Shown here: piece after piece, positions 62,594-64,000 of the stretch
Layout: every line of letters begins with the position of its first letter
How positions within the stretch are numbered: position 1 is the first letter of the stretch
Source of the DNA: Escherichia coli
Lineage (GTDB): Bacteria; Pseudomonadota; Gammaproteobacteria; Enterobacterales; Enterobacteriaceae
DNA length: 64,000 nucleotides
Assembly: GCF_048403405.1 (NCBI RefSeq)
Contig: NZ_CP183129.1
Reading direction: 5' to 3' (one strand)
The notes under the pieces: generated by a model
Database searches by the model: none
What the model saw: the letters and a program-made list of their open reading frames with translations, nothing else
What the model was told of the DNA's origin: nothing
Position numbers and translations under genes: made by a program

Positions 62594-63994
62594 TTAGCGC
62601 GTATTATGAACGGGTGTTTTTTGCCACAATACCAGCTTTTTCCAGCGAGCCATAATTGGCACGGTACAGATAATCCCTATCGCTAATAAGCCGGTGGAGA
62701 TCACTTCTAACTGTTGCGCCGGGCGGAATAGCATCACTACCAACACAAAGGTAATAAAGCCGATGACCAGCCAGGTGAGCCACGGATAAAGCCACATCCG
62801 CAGGCGAATTTCGCTTCCTTCTGCTCGCAGAATTTTGCGCATCCGCAATTGTGAAACGGCGATGACTAAATAAACCAGCAGGGCGATAGCGCCGGAGCTG
62901 TCGATCAGAAATTTAAACACTTTCGCAGGCGCGTAATAATTCACCACCACCGTTAAAAATGCCGCACCGGTCGAGAGTAATACCGCCACATACGGGGTTT
63001 TACTGCGGTTGATTTTACCCATTACCGCGGGAGCATCACCGCGACGGCTTAAGGAGTAGAGCATTCTGGAAGCGGTATACAGCGCCGAGTTCAGGCAACT
63101 GGTTACGGAAAGTAATATCACGCAGTCCATGATTAATTTCGCATGGGGAATATTGAGCAACTCCAGAACCGAGCGATAAGATCCAACGGCTTTCAGCCCC
63201 GGCATATTCCACGGTATTAATGCCACAACGACAAAAATAGAACACAAATAGAAAATAGAGATACGCCAGATAACCGAGTTGGTGGCGCGGACAATATGTT
63301 TTTCCGGCGTGTCGGATTCCGCGGCGGCAATGGTGACAATTTCTGCGCCCATAAACGAGAACATAGTGATCAACATCGCGCTTAATACCGCGCCGAAGCC
63401 GTTGGGCATAAAGCCGCCGCTATCCCACAATCTTGAGATCCCGCTCACTTCGGCATAAGGGTAAAAACCGCTAATTGCGACTGCACCAAGGAAAATAAAG
63501 GCCAGGATAGCGATGACTTTGCACAGCGCCAGCCAGAACTCAAATTCGCCGTAGTTTTTAACGCTTAATAAATTACTGCCAGTTAAGGCGAGGGTAATGA
63601 CGAGGGAAAATAACCAGATGGGAATGCCTGGAACCCACGAGTGCAGGATCATGGCGGCGATGTTGGCTTCCAGCGGGATAACCAGTACCCAAAACCACCA
63701 GTACAACCAGCCGATGGTATAGCCCGCCCAACGACCAATAGCTTTATCTGCATAGGTGGAAAACGAACCCGTGTCGGGCGTGGCAACCGCCATTTCCGCC
63801 AACATCCGCATAATCATAACCACCAGTAATCCGGCGAACAGATAGGCCAGTAATACCGCCGGGCCCGCTTCGGCGATGGCGACGCTGGAACCGACAAACA
63901 GACTTGCGCCGATAACACCGGCAATAGACAACATGGTGACGTGGCGTGACTTCAGCCCGCCGCCTAACTCATGTGGTTGCGATGATTGCCCCAT
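62594..63994 (-). CDS. gabP: Gamma-aminobutyrate permease GabP (APC family, 466 aa)
   Basis: MGQSSQPHELGGGLKSRHVTMLSIAGVIGASLFVGSSVAIAEAGPAVLLAYLF...; start codon 6 nt from the window end. Confidence 0.93.
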   Translation of the reverse strand: MGQSSQPHELGGGLKSRHVTMLSIAGVIGASLFVGSSVAIAEAGPAVLLAYLFAGLLVVMIMRMLAEMAVATPDTGSFSTYADKAIGRWAGYTIGWLYWWFWVLVIPLEANIAAMILHSWVPGIPIWLFSLVITLALTGSNLLSVKNYGEFEFWLALCKVIAILAFIFLGAVAISGFYPYAEVSGISRLWDSGGFMPNGFGAVLSAMLITMFSFMGAEIVTIAAAESDTPEKHIVRATNSVIWRISIFYLCSIFVVVALIPWNMPGLKAVGSYRSVLELLNIPHAKLIMDCVILLSVTSCLNSALYTASRMLYSLSRRGDAPAVMGKINRSKTPYVAVLLSTGAAFLTVVVNYYAPAKVFKFLIDSSGAIALLVYLVIAVSQLRMRKILRAEGSEIRLRMWLYPWLTWLVIGFITFVLVVMLFRPAQQLEVISTGLLAIGIICTVPIMARWKKLVLWQKTPVHNTR

Positions 63995-64000
63995 CCTGAA

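Overview
This window reads as a conserved Escherichia coli-type chromosomal segment, recognised from the translated ORFs and in reverse orientation relative to the usual K-12 map. Gene order is fhlA(partial)-hypEDCBA / hycABCDEFGHI / ascBF-ascG / hydN-hypF / norWV-norR / gutQ-srlRMDBEA / mltB-pncC-recA-recX-alaS-csrA / serV plus four tRNA-Arg / yqaB-yqaA-gshA-(micA)-luxS / emrBAR / ygaHZY / proXWV / nrdFEIH / ygaM-ygaC-alaE-stpA-ygaP-ygaV-yqaE-kbp-csiR-gabP. Almost all of it is core metabolism and housekeeping; I found no CRISPR array, IS element, integrase or prophage. The parts that look accessory (absent at these positions in the K-12 order as I recall it) are: (1) a HigB/HigA-type toxin-antitoxin pair between hycI and ascB with an upstream palindrome; (2) a divergent AhpD-like / MocR-type regulator pair between nrdH and ygaM; (3) an intact ygaY transporter gene; (4) a ~134-nt repeat ending in a tRNA-Arg 3' fragment flanking the tRNA-Arg array. 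I do not see convincing evidence of a wholly undescribed system; the TA module and the AhpD/MocR pair are the best candidates for follow-up. All calls rest on reading the sequence and ORF translations from memory of protein families; no database search was run.
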